Source: Bacillota bacterium (GTDB lineage: Bacteria > Bacillota > UBA4882 > UBA10575). From it: a stretch of DNA of 36,543 nucleotides. The stretch is from assembly GCA_003511465.1 (NCBI GenBank), contig DOID01000023.1, forward strand, positions 3,676-40,218, read 5' to 3'. Shown piece after piece: positions 8,817 to 18,242 of the stretch. The notes below the pieces were generated by a model. That model saw nothing but the letters and a program-made list of their open reading frames with translations, had not been told where the DNA came from and made no database searches. Position 1 is the stretch's first letter. Every line of letters begins with the position of its first letter. The position numbers and the translations under genes are program-made.

Positions 8817-10328
8817 TTGGCTGGAATTATGAGTATCCGCCGGTTATCCAAGACCTTTTTAAAACCGGTTGTTATTATTTTAGTCTTAGGTCTGGTTATC
8901 GGTATGTTTTACGCAATTCCCCGGTTGAACAGTGGTGATCAGTATAACTTTTATAAGGGACCCTCCGCCCGGGTGAATGGGGTAAAAATTTCCGATCGAG
9001 ATTTTAACGACATCTTAATTCGTTTTCTACAGCAATACGGTTCTTCTTATAGTGATGACATTCTGAAAGCGAGTACCCTGGAATATTTGATCGAGCAAGA
9101 ACTGATTAAACAAGAAATCGAGAAGCGGAAAATATCCATCTCTGACCAGGAAGTTGATAATTTTTTAGGCGAAATCAAAGCCTATAACCAGATTGGTAGC
9201 GAAGAAGAAATGGAAATCTTCATTCAGCAGACCGGCGCCGGAAACCTTAAAGGTTTAAAAACAATGCTCCGTGACATCTTGGCTGAACAGAAACTATACA
9301 CCGTTTTAGGAAGAGAAGCCGAAATTGAAGTGAGCGAAGAAGAAATGATCGCCAGTTACGAAGAGATTGAAACGGCTCATATTTTGATCGCCACCACTTC
9401 TGAAGTGAGCGCCGAACCCCTTTCGGATGCCGCTGCCTTAAAGAAGGCACAAGAAGTATATAAAAAGTTAGAAGGCGGGGCCAATTTCGATGATTTGGCC
9501 CGGGAATACTCGGATGATGGTAGTAATAAAGATCAGGGTGGACGCATCGGTCGCGCTCCCATCGCTTATTTTAAATATTCTTTTGCGCCCGAATTTGTCG
9601 AAACAGCGCTTAATCTTGAAGTTGGCGCTTATAGCGCTCCCGTAAAAACCCAGTTCGGTTACCACCTGATTAAGCTGCATGATATCCAGTTAGCTCAGGG
9701 CCCTGCCTGGGAGCAAGAAAAAGAAAAAATTGAAGGCGATCTGCTGGCCAATAATTTCTTGAATACGAAAAAGAATGAGTGGGTCACCGAACAACGACAA
9801 CAGCATGCAAAAATTGAGATTCTCGACCCCGCCCTCCTTGGTTACCAGATGATCCAACAAGAGAAATGGGATCAGGCGGCCGTCGCTTATGAGAAGGCAA
9901 TAAAAGACAAGCGCTATAAGAAGAATCTAAATACTTTTCTGGCTTTAGCGGAATGCTATAAACAAACCAACGACTATACAGCAGCCCTTAGCGTCTTTGA
10001 GCGCTTACCCAAGGAGTTAAAGGACAATTTCCAAGTGGATTTATTAAAAGCCAACATTTACCAGGCGAATGAAGATCTGGATGGAGTTAAGACCGCCTTA
10101 TCCGCTGCTGAAGCCAAAGCCGGAGAGGACCTTTATCTCCTCAATCAGGTGCTGGCACAACTTAAAGCCGCGGAATTAACAGCCGAAACGCAGGCCCTCG
10201 AGGAAAAAATCGCTGTTCTTCAGGACAAATATGAGGAAGAACAGGCTGCCCTCAATAAGCAATTGGAAGAAGAGCAAAAAATGCTTGAGGCCCAACAGAA
10301 CCAGGAAGGGATCTTTGAGACCGACTGA
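8817..10328 (+). CDS. Membrane-anchored SurA-N/parvulin peptidyl-prolyl isomerase (PpiD/PrsA-like) with C-terminal TPR-like region
   Basis: N-terminal TM anchor; ARVNG..I SurA-N region; AHILI...FDDLAREYSDD...GG...PVKTQFGYHLIK parvulin domain; helical repeats (WDQAAVAYEKAI, LAECYKQTNDYTAAL). Confidence 0.85.
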   Translation: MAGIMSIRRLSKTFLKPVVIILVLGLVIGMFYAIPRLNSGDQYNFYKGPSARVNGVKISDRDFNDILIRFLQQYGSSYSDDILKASTLEYLIEQELIKQEIEKRKISISDQEVDNFLGEIKAYNQIGSEEEMEIFIQQTGAGNLKGLKTMLRDILAEQKLYTVLGREAEIEVSEEEMIASYEEIETAHILIATTSEVSAEPLSDAAALKKAQEVYKKLEGGANFDDLAREYSDDGSNKDQGGRIGRAPIAYFKYSFAPEFVETALNLEVGAYSAPVKTQFGYHLIKLHDIQLAQGPAWEQEKEKIEGDLLANNFLNTKKNEWVTEQRQQHAKIEILDPALLGYQMIQQEKWDQAAVAYEKAIKDKRYKKNLNTFLALAECYKQTNDYTAALSVFERLPKELKDNFQVDLLKANIYQANEDLDGVKTALSAAEAKAGEDLYLLNQVLAQLKAAELTAETQALEEKIAVLQDKYEEEQAALNKQLEEEQKMLEAQQNQEGIFETD

Positions 10329-10362
10329 TGAAAGAGGAGCCTTAGTCCGATTATAGCCGGAT

Positions 10363-10390
10363 GGGTGGAGGGTGATCCCTTCACCCTTTT
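10363..10390 (+). terminator. Hairpin / probable terminator between foldase and hisS
   Basis: GGGTGGAGGG-tgat-CCCTTCACCC followed by TTTT. Confidence 0.5.
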
Positions 10391-10460
10391 CCAATTACAC
10401 TATATATTGTACCGAAATTTCTTTAGCTGGATACAACAGAAAAAGCGCTATTAGGAATGG

Positions 10461-11750
10461 GTGATCAATTTGATAACAGCGCCACGTGGCACCTACGATA
10501 TCATGCCAGACCGTGCTTTAGTTTGGCAGTGGATGGAGTCAACCATCCGCCAGGTTTTACTCTCCTACGGTTACGGTGAGATCCGAACCCCCATCTTTGA
10601 ACATACCGAACTATTTCAACGGGGGATCGGCGAAACCACCGATATTGTTGAAAAAGAAATGTACACTTTTGCGGATCAGGGGAAAAGAAGTATCACCCTG
10701 CGTCCGGAGGGGACTGCTCCGGTTGTACGCGCCTATATTGAACATAAACTTTATGGCGTGGCTCCGGTCACCAAACTTTTCTACTTAGGTCCGATGTTTC
10801 GACAAGAAAGGCCCCAAGCTGGCCGCTTCCGTCAGTTCCATCAATTTGGGGTCGAAATGATTGGCGCAGAAAGTCCGGTGGCCGATGCGGAAGTTATCTT
10901 GCTAGCCCATGACCTCTACCACCAATTAGGATTAACTGACCTGGAAATTCACCTAAATTCGGTAGGTTGTGCCCAGTGCCGTCAAGCCTATAAAACCGCA
11001 TTGACTTCCACGCTCGAAGCCGTTGCGGACGAACTTTGTACCACTTGTCGCTTGCGTTTGGACCGTAATCCCTTACGGTTGTTGGATTGTAAAAGTCCTT
11101 CCTGTCAAGCAGCGGTAAGTAAGGTTCCGCCCATTCAAGATTATCTCTGTCCCGACTGTGACCACCATTTTAAGGGAGTTCTCGCCCTGCTTGATCAGGT
11201 CAAGGTAAAATATAAGCTGTCCCCGAAGTTAGTACGGGGATTAGACTATTACTCTCGAACCGTCTTTGAGATCATCAATCATGATTTGGGCGCCCAAAAT
11301 GCGCTTTGTGGGGGCGGCCGGTACGATGGCTTGGTCGAAGCCTGCGGTGGGCCGGCTGTTCCCGGAGTTGGCTTTGCCTCTGGAATCGAAAGGCTATTGA
11401 CCACCCTGGAGCAGAAGGGGAAATTACCCGAACTGTCTGGGGCACCCCAACTGTTTGTGCTGCCCTTGGGTGAACAGTTAACTGCCGTCGCTTTTGAACT
11501 GGCGACGAGCCTGCGTCGTCAAGGTTTCTTTGTTGAACTGGGTAATGGGACCAAAAGTCTAAAAGCCCAGTTGAAATCGGCCCATAAATCAGGAGCTGCC
11601 CTTACGGTGATCATCGGTGAAGATGAATGGCAAGCGCAGCAAGTGACGGTTAAAATAATGGGGGACGGGAGCCAAAAGCGGATCGCTGCGGCCGAGCTGC
11701 AAAAGGAGATTGCATCGCTCATTAGCCCCCTGGGCAAAAAGTACCAATAG
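10461..11750 (+). CDS. hisS: Histidine--tRNA ligase
   Basis: [44 protein letters not shown]. Confidence 0.98.
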   Translation: MINLITAPRGTYDIMPDRALVWQWMESTIRQVLLSYGYGEIRTPIFEHTELFQRGIGETTDIVEKEMYTFADQGKRSITLRPEGTAPVVRAYIEHKLYGVAPVTKLFYLGPMFRQERPQAGRFRQFHQFGVEMIGAESPVADAEVILLAHDLYHQLGLTDLEIHLNSVGCAQCRQAYKTALTSTLEAVADELCTTCRLRLDRNPLRLLDCKSPSCQAAVSKVPPIQDYLCPDCDHHFKGVLALLDQVKVKYKLSPKLVRGLDYYSRTVFEIINHDLGAQNALCGGGRYDGLVEACGGPAVPGVGFASGIERLLTTLEQKGKLPELSGAPQLFVLPLGEQLTAVAFELATSLRRQGFFVELGNGTKSLKAQLKSAHKSGAALTVIIGEDEWQAQQVTVKIMGDGSQKRIAAAELQKEIASLISPLGKKYQ

Positions 11751-11793
11751 GGCTTTTTGTTTAGCAAAAAGCTTTAATAAGGGAGGGTTTAGC

Positions 11794-13578
11794 TTGTCAT
11801 CCTGGATCCGTACCCATGATTGTGGAAAAATAAGTTTAAACGATGTGGGCGCTACCGTCAGTTTGAACGGCTGGATTAATCGTTACCGTAATCTCGGGGG
11901 GTTATTATTTATTGACCTCCGGGACCGCACAGGCCTTGTCCAAGTGGTATTTAGTCCGGAGCAACAACCGGAGCTTTTTAAAATCGCCGAAACCCTTCGG
12001 AACGAATATGTGGTGACGGTGAAGGGGCAGGTCCAAAATCGGCCTGAAACCATGCTCAACCCGGAAATGGCGACCGGAGGAGTCGAGGTGGCCGCTACCG
12101 AGCTCGTTATCGTTAATACGGCGAAAACGCCGCCGCTATACGTGAATAAAACGGCGGAGGAGGAAGAAACCCTCCGGCTGCGTTACCGCTATCTAGATTT
12201 ACGCCGCCCGGAAATGCAAAAGAAGCTAGCGCTCCGGCACCGGATTGTGAAACTGATCCGTGATTTCTTAGATACTAAAGGCTTTTGGGAGATTGAAACC
12301 CCCATGTTGACCCGGAGTACCCCCGAAGGAGCGCGGGACTTTTTGGTTCCCAGCCGCGTGAACCCCGGTCAATTTTACGCTTTGCCCCAATCACCACAGA
12401 TCTTCAAACAATTATTGATGGTCAGCGGGATGGAGAAATATTTTCAGATTGCCCGTTGTTTTCGCGATGAAGATTTACGCGCCGACCGGCAACCCGAATT
12501 TACCCAAGTTGACCTTGAAATGTCCTTTGTCGAACGGGAGACGATCCTCTCCTTAATGGAAGAAATGATGGCCTTACTCCTGAAGGAACTGAAGGGAATC
12601 GATCTTCCCCGACCATTTCCCCGCCTTAAATACGCAGAAGCCATGGACAGATACGGCAGTGATAAACCGGATACCAGATTCGGTTTGGAACTGGTTGAGA
12701 TTTCGGAGTTGGTGGCGGAGAGCGAATTTACGGTGTTCCGTAATGTTCTGGCCCAAGGGGGAAAAGTAGTCGCCTTTAACGCGCCAGGTTGCGGCCAATA
12801 TACCCGTCGCGAACTTGATGCTTTATCACCACTGGCCGCCAAGTACGGCGCTAAAGGGGTGGCCTACTTTGCTCTGGCGGAAGGTAATGTCAAATCGCCG
12901 ATTGCCAAGTTTTTTACCCAAAATCAGTTGGAGAAAGTTATTACGAAGCTTGATGCCAAAGACGGCGATTTAATCATCATCATCGCCGACCAAAAACCGC
13001 AGCAAGCCCTTACGGCGCTAGGAGCCTTACGTTTAGAGTTTGGACGCCGGTTAAACCTAATTCCGGAAAATCAATATAATTTATTATGGGTTGTGGATTT
13101 TCCTTTATTTGAAGAAGATCCGACCGCCAACCGACTGGTTTCTGTGCACCATCCCTTTACGGCTCCGCTCGCCGCCGACAATGAGCTCTTGACAGCGGAT
13201 CCACTAAAGGTCCGTTCCAACTCCTATGATTTGGTCTTGAACGGAGTAGAGCTTGGCGGAGGAAGTATCAGAATTCATGAGCGGGCGCTGCAGGAAAAAA
13301 TCTTTACAACGCTGGGCTTAACACCGACGCTTGTTCAGGAAAAATTCGGTTTCTTACTGGAAGCTTTTGAATACGGAACACCACCCCACGGCGGAATTGC
13401 GTTGGGTCTTGACCGTTTAGTAATGCTTTTAACCGAAGCCTCCAGTCTCCGTGAAGTCATTGCTTTTCCGAAAACAACTAGCGCCACCTGTTTAATGACG
13501 ATGGCGCCCTCCACGGTAAGCCCAGAGCAGCTAGAAGAAGTTCACTTAACTACCAATTATAGGCAAGAAGAGTCTTGA
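11794..13578 (+). CDS. aspS: Aspartate--tRNA ligase
   Basis: TTG start after GGGAGG; [63 protein letters not shown]. Confidence 0.98.
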   Translation: MSSWIRTHDCGKISLNDVGATVSLNGWINRYRNLGGLLFIDLRDRTGLVQVVFSPEQQPELFKIAETLRNEYVVTVKGQVQNRPETMLNPEMATGGVEVAATELVIVNTAKTPPLYVNKTAEEEETLRLRYRYLDLRRPEMQKKLALRHRIVKLIRDFLDTKGFWEIETPMLTRSTPEGARDFLVPSRVNPGQFYALPQSPQIFKQLLMVSGMEKYFQIARCFRDEDLRADRQPEFTQVDLEMSFVERETILSLMEEMMALLLKELKGIDLPRPFPRLKYAEAMDRYGSDKPDTRFGLELVEISELVAESEFTVFRNVLAQGGKVVAFNAPGCGQYTRRELDALSPLAAKYGAKGVAYFALAEGNVKSPIAKFFTQNQLEKVITKLDAKDGDLIIIIADQKPQQALTALGALRLEFGRRLNLIPENQYNLLWVVDFPLFEEDPTANRLVSVHHPFTAPLAADNELLTADPLKVRSNSYDLVLNGVELGGGSIRIHERALQEKIFTTLGLTPTLVQEKFGFLLEAFEYGTPPHGGIALGLDRLVMLLTEASSLREVIAFPKTTSATCLMTMAPSTVSPEQLEEVHLTTNYRQEES

Positions 13579-13587
13579 CGCCTCCTC

Positions 13588-13617
13588 TTGCATGAATAAG
13601 CTTTTCTATGATATGAT
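13588..13617 (+). promoter_or_regulatory. Sigma-A-type promoter upstream of repeat 1 and 6S RNA
   Basis: TTGCAT-N18-TATGAT with extended -10 TGn. Confidence 0.55.
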
Positions 13618-13620
13618 TTA

Positions 13621-13781
13621 AGTAGTCGCTCATGTGGCTACCGCCCGCGCACTTGAAGTGTTGAAAATTGAAGCCAGATGAGTCGACAAGCCCCCGAAGG
13701 CCACCGCAGCTGGTCGTTCGGAGCAGCGTCACTTTAGCTAAATTGCTGAAATTTAAGCTGCGAGAATCGACAGACTAGTAT
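13621..13781. repeat. Structured interspersed repeat, copy 1 (161 bp; MITE/REP-like or ncRNA, family not recognised)
   Basis: About 89% identical by hand alignment to 22449-22705 apart from a 95-bp indel; ends AGTAGTC...GACTAGTAT; flanked by TTTAAGTAG direct repeats at 13617-13625 and 13783-13791. Confidence 0.92.
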
Positions 13782-13796
13782 CTTTAAGTAGAATTA

Positions 13797-13985
13797 AGAG
13801 AAACCCTGCTGTGTGCGTAACGAAGCTGATGTTTTGAACCAACACATTTACCTAGGGAGCCCTCCTCCGGTTGTCGGCATGTATGCCTTGCCAGACAAGG
13901 ACACATAAAGCAGCCGGGAGGCACCCACCTGTGCGAGCGGGTTCAAGGTAAGCTTCAGCCGAAAACGACATGGCGGGGTTTCTTT
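13797..13985 (+). ncRNA. ssrS: 6S RNA
   Basis: About 190-nt rod: AGAAACCCTGCTGTG pairs with CATGGCGGGGTTTCT, TTGAACC/GGTTCAA inner helix, GGGAG...CACCCACCTG motifs; between aspS and 5-formyl-THF cyclo-ligase, both known 6S neighbours. Confidence 0.92.
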
Positions 13986-14024
13986 TTGGAGTGTTCTCCA
14001 AGTATTTTCGAATTAGAGGTTAAG

Positions 14025-14597
14025 ATGGAAAAGAAAAAAATTAAGCAAGCACTGCGCACCGCGTATAAAGAAAAGCTACAGCATATAGGTGGTCTGGACG
14101 CCCAGCGGCATAGTGAACTGATCTGTAACTACGCCCTAACTTTACCGGCTTTACAGGAAAGTAAGACAATTGCGGCCTATGCTTCCTTTGACCGCGAGGT
14201 CAACACGGACCGACTCCTGACCGGACTTTTGGCTCGAGGTTTTAAGCTGGTTCTTCCGGTGATCGACAACCAAACCAGGAAGATGGAGTTTCGGGATGCC
14301 CAAAATTTGTCGGTATTAACATTAAGCGCCTATGGGATTTTAGAACCCCAACACGGACAGCGCTGCTTGCCACAGGAGATTGAGCTGTACTTCATTCCCG
14401 GCCTCGCCTTTGACCGGAAGGGAAATCGGTTAGGGAGGGGAGGGGGCTATTACGACCGGTACCTGTCAGCCATTGGACCTGATGCTGTAAAAGTAGGGAT
14501 TGCTTATCAGCTCCAAATCGACCCCGCCCTTCCGGTCGAAACCCATGATCTCCAAGTTGATCTGCTGATTACGGAAACAGGGATTATCCCGGTTTAA
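14025..14597 (+). CDS. 5-formyltetrahydrofolate cyclo-ligase (YgfA family)
   Basis: ATG after AGAGG; EVNT, YGILEP, PGLAFDRKGNRLGRGGGYYDRYL, ETHD motifs. Confidence 0.95.
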   Translation: MEKKKIKQALRTAYKEKLQHIGGLDAQRHSELICNYALTLPALQESKTIAAYASFDREVNTDRLLTGLLARGFKLVLPVIDNQTRKMEFRDAQNLSVLTLSAYGILEPQHGQRCLPQEIELYFIPGLAFDRKGNRLGRGGGYYDRYLSAIGPDAVKVGIAYQLQIDPALPVETHDLQVDLLITETGIIPV

Positions 14598-15016
14598 TTC
14601 CGGTTAAAGCTGCGCACCAAAATGATTACTCCTAAGATGATTAAAAAAATGGGGATCAGATTCCGATTAAAAAGCGACCAGGGGATTAGTTCACGTAAGA
14701 TAAAGAACAGGCCGACCACGATTAAGATGATGCCGCCAACGCGCCACCGCTTCTCTTGTTCTTCCTCTTGATCTTCTTCTTTTTGCTTTCCTTGAGTTTC
14801 GGTGCTCCCCTCGGGATTGACCTCATGTTCATAGGGGCTTTCCGGAATAATGAACCACGCGATCAAATAGATCAAAACCCCACCACCCATAAAAAAAGCA
14901 AGCACCCAAAGTAAGCGGACGATAATCACATCAACCCCAAAATATTCGGCCAAGCCGCCGGCTACTCCGGCAATCATCCGTTCTTGGTTGGAACGGTATA
15001 AACGTCCACGCTCCAT
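14594..15016 (-). CDS. PspC domain-containing membrane protein
   Basis: RLYRS...MIAGVAGGLAEYFG...YLIAWFIIP PspC signature plus two C-terminal TM helices; AAAGGAG RBS. Confidence 0.92.
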   Translation of the reverse strand: MERGRLYRSNQERMIAGVAGGLAEYFGVDVIIVRLLWVLAFFMGGGVLIYLIAWFIIPESPYEHEVNPEGSTETQGKQKEEDQEEEQEKRWRVGGIILIVVGLFFILRELIPWSLFNRNLIPIFLIILGVIILVRSFNRN

Positions 15017-15218
15017 CCTTACATCTCTCCTTTGGTAAACATTTGATTATCTAAAATTATCTTACACCATGTCCGGCTGACAAGCAATTCTATAACAAGC
15101 TTTTTGCGTTGGATAACAACGCAAAAAGCCCAATTGGCAGGAAATAAAGGACAAACCGAGAAAAATTGCTTAAAGGCTTTGCCTTGTCAATAAAAATAGA
15201 TCCTACGGAGGTCAGTAC

Positions 15219-18200
15219 ATGCTCCAAATTATGCGGCATTCCGATCTTTACCACGATCCCGTAGCTTTTGTCCAAAACGTAGTAGGGGTCGAGTGGTGCC
15301 AGTCCCATGGCAAGAAACCGGTCTTTCTTTTTCCCACCCAAACACTGTTAGAATTCTGGGAAGAACAATTACTCCCCGTCATCGGTAGTTGGGGTGGGAC
15401 CCGTTTTTTGCTGTTTGATGCGTTAGTCCGGGAAATACTGGATGAAACCCGCCCGGAACTAATCGACCTTACCCTGGGTAGTAGTGTTCTGCTATTACGT
15501 TTTGTGGTGCAGGAATTAGCCCAGCAAGGTTTGATCCCCTATTTAGCGCAAGCCTTTCCGTCTGCCAGTTTTTATACCGCCCTTCGTCAGGAACTCTTAT
15601 TACTTAAACGCGCTGCCCTCGACCCACCCGTCTTTTTTAAAATGGTGAAGGGCGGATCGCAACCGCTCCAAGAATTAGCTTTGGTTTATGACCGTTTTCA
15701 ACAATGCTTAAACCAGCGGCAGTTGGCTGATGCTGAAGAGAAAATCCGGCTGGCGACGGTTGATAGTGTTCATGCTACCTGCTGGCAAAGGCTGGAACAT
15801 TTATGGGTGATTGGCTTTACCGATTTTACCCCGCAACAGGAAGCCTTCTTACACCAGATCGGCAACCTTATTCCGGTCACGGTCGTCTTTGACCATGGAC
15901 CGGCCAAACGTAACGGCATACTTCTCCCCGCGATGCGCACCCCGGTTCGGCAAGAAAAAGTGCTAATCTCCTCGGCAGGACCGGACAAAGCAGCGTCAAG
16001 TGGTTTAAATTACCTACAAGCAGCATTGTGGGCTCCGGAATCGCTCCTTCCTCCCGCCGCTTCCGACGATAGTCTTGAACTGTTCAAAGTAAAAGGAGGC
16101 TCTCGGTACGAAATCGCCGCGATTGCCGTGGCAATCAAAGACTTACTGGCGACCGATCCGACCCTTACGGCCGATCAAATCGGCATCATCACCGTCTATC
16201 CTTTGGAGCAGGTTCACCAGATCTTAGCTTCCTACGATTTACCCGTCACCGTCAACCTGCGTCGCCCAATCGGGGAGGAACCTGCTGCCAAGGCGCTGTT
16301 GCAACTGCTGGAAACTGTTTTGTCCGACTACGAGTGGGCAGAGATGATTAAATTCCTCCGCATTGGTGGAATCATCCCGGAAGAAGAACTATATGGGGTT
16401 GACCCACCTACTACCTTCGCCCAGTGGCAAAGAACTTTAACTAACCTGGCTGCCACCGCGGAGCAAAAGGCCCTCATTCATGCCCTTTTATCCTGCTTAG
16501 ACCGCCTTCCGCGTCAAGGAACCTACACCCAATTTTTCCAAGCCTCCTTGGCGTGGCTGGATCATCCTTGCCTGTTAAAAAGCTTTCTCCCCATGAACAG
16601 GACACCCGAACCTTACCTCCATGCCAGGTATTATCAAACGGCCGTCCTCGGTAAACTGCGGGGCCTGCTCCAAAAGGCCTTAGCATTGGCAACCGCGGTC
16701 CAGACGCCGGAGGTTAGCCTCCACGAATTTTACTTAACGCTCGAAGCCATTCTAGCCCTGGAGAGCAGCCAAAAACCCACCTCCTGGGCTAGTGGCGTCC
16801 GCTTATTAACCCCAGAGGAAGCCCGTGGGGTAGCCTTTCGGGTCACCTTTGTCGCCGGTTTAAATGAAGGCGCCATGCCCCACCTTACCCCCGGTGGTTG
16901 GCTTTTACAAGAAGAGACGACGCAAAAATGGCCTACCCGTTACCGCTTCCCGACTAATGTAGAACAATTGTTACGAGAACGCCTCTTGTTTTTCTATGTG
17001 GTGAACACGGCCCGGGAAAAATTGGTCCTCTCTTGTTGTCAAACGAGTGCAGAGGGGGATACACTTAACCCCAGCTCTTTTTGGGAAGATGTGGACAGGC
17101 TACTCCCCGCTGGCCAGTACCGAAAGGAAGTTAAAGTGGACCAGCTAAGGATGGCACGGCAGATGGCCAAGTATCCTGCCGATTTAGACAGCGAGATCCG
17201 GCAGAAGATCCGTGGGGAGCTGGCCCGCCGCCAGTCCAACACGAATGGTCAGTTAGGACCGGAAGCAGCCACGCTTTTGCAGTCGATCTGGACAGTAAAA
17301 CCTTTAAGTATTTCCGCTTTGGAATCCTATGGGATTTGTCCTTTTAGTTATTTCTGTCGCTACTGGTTACAGATTAAACCCCTGGCTGAACCGGAAATCA
17401 TTCCATCGCGTTTAACGGAAGGCAGTATCGCCCACTTGATTCTAAGAGAGTTTTTCCTCCAGCGCCGTGGCGAAGTTCTGCAAAGGAACCGCTTAAGTAC
17501 ATATACGGAGGAAATTCGCGCTTTGGTTGAGCAGTATTATCCGCAAGACCACGAAACATCAATGTTACGCCATAATTTGCTGGTTCTGGGCCGGGAAAAC
17601 CTGGTTTCGACCCTAACCAAGGTTCTTCAGGAAGAAGTAGACTGGGGAGAAAAGACGGACGGACGCTTTACCCCCCGTTACTTGGAACTTGGCTTTGGCG
17701 GGATCACTGAGGAAGCTGATGCCCAGTCTACGCCTGCGCCTTTAGTGCTGTCGATTGAGCAGGCCTCCCCTGACCAGCCCCCCCTAAAGCTGTGGGGAAA
17801 GATCGATCGGGTAGATACGGATGGGGCCGGTAATTTCGTTGTTTATGACTATAAGTCGGGGAAGGCACCCACCAAAGCGGAGATTACGACCGGTAAACGC
17901 TTACAACTTCCTTTTTATCTCCTCGCCGTTCTCCAGCTTTTCCGTCCTGGGGGAAAGCCGGTGGGCGCCGCTTACTACAGTCTTCGTCAGGCCGATCGTT
18001 TTCGGGGGATTTGGCATCAGGAAGCTTTGGATTTTGGGATTAACATCAAAGGGGCCCTTCCGGATGAAGAATGGGAGGCGATCCTGGGGAATGCATTTTC
18101 GGTAGCCTTCCGGTCCTATTACGGTATGCTAAAAGGAAAATTCCCCTTCTGTCCGCCGGACCAATGCCCCCATTATTGTGTCTATCAACCGATTTGCCAC

Positions 18201-18242
18201 CATTTGAGTTGGGGAGGGGAGGATGAAGATGAAGCTGAATGA
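15219..18242 (+). CDS. AddB/RexB-like subunit: degenerate helicase scaffold plus PD-(D/E)XK nuclease
   Basis: GLNEG..P and ERLLFFYVVNTAREKL helicase-like C-lobe; GKIDRVD...VYDYKSG...QLPFY nuclease; Cys in ICPF and CPHYCVYQPIC. Confidence 0.85.
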   Translation: MLQIMRHSDLYHDPVAFVQNVVGVEWCQSHGKKPVFLFPTQTLLEFWEEQLLPVIGSWGGTRFLLFDALVREILDETRPELIDLTLGSSVLLLRFVVQELAQQGLIPYLAQAFPSASFYTALRQELLLLKRAALDPPVFFKMVKGGSQPLQELALVYDRFQQCLNQRQLADAEEKIRLATVDSVHATCWQRLEHLWVIGFTDFTPQQEAFLHQIGNLIPVTVVFDHGPAKRNGILLPAMRTPVRQEKVLISSAGPDKAASSGLNYLQAALWAPESLLPPAASDDSLELFKVKGGSRYEIAAIAVAIKDLLATDPTLTADQIGIITVYPLEQVHQILASYDLPVTVNLRRPIGEEPAAKALLQLLETVLSDYEWAEMIKFLRIGGIIPEEELYGVDPPTTFAQWQRTLTNLAATAEQKALIHALLSCLDRLPRQGTYTQFFQASLAWLDHPCLLKSFLPMNRTPEPYLHARYYQTAVLGKLRGLLQKALALATAVQTPEVSLHEFYLTLEAILALESSQKPTSWASGVRLLTPEEARGVAFRVTFVAGLNEGAMPHLTPGGWLLQEETTQKWPTRYRFPTNVEQLLRERLLFFYVVNTAREKLVLSCCQTSAEGDTLNPSSFWEDVDRLLPAGQYRKEVKVDQLRMARQMAKYPADLDSEIRQKIRGELARRQSNTNGQLGPEAATLLQSIWTVKPLSISALESYGICPFSYFCRYWLQIKPLAEPEIIPSRLTEGSIAHLILREFFLQRRGEVLQRNRLSTYTEEIRALVEQYYPQDHETSMLRHNLLVLGRENLVSTLTKVLQEEVDWGEKTDGRFTPRYLELGFGGITEEADAQSTPAPLVLSIEQASPDQPPLKLWGKIDRVDTDGAGNFVVYDYKSGKAPTKAEITTGKRLQLPFYLLAVLQLFRPGGKPVGAAYYSLRQADRFRGIWHQEALDFGINIKGALPDEEWEAILGNAFSVAFRSYYGMLKGKFPFCPPDQCPHYCVYQPICHHLSWGGEDEDEAE

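Noticed and set aside
10325-10420. CTGATGA...CGAAA suggesting a hammerhead ribozyme, and ATGGGTGG suggesting a T-box before hisS
   Set aside because: No stem II closes between CTGATGA and GAAA, and CTGA is simply the stop codon region; TGGNACC is absent and the 132-nt gap is too short for a T-box
13550-13732. 60-aa minus-strand ORF across repeat copy 1
   Set aside because: Frame not preserved in copy 2 (indels), no RBS, no family resemblance
13621-13781. Repeat as a folate-related riboswitch, since both copies are near folate genes
   Set aside because: Opposite orientation relative to the two folate genes, 6S RNA intervenes in one case, no expression platform, no resemblance to THF or ZTP riboswitches that I can see
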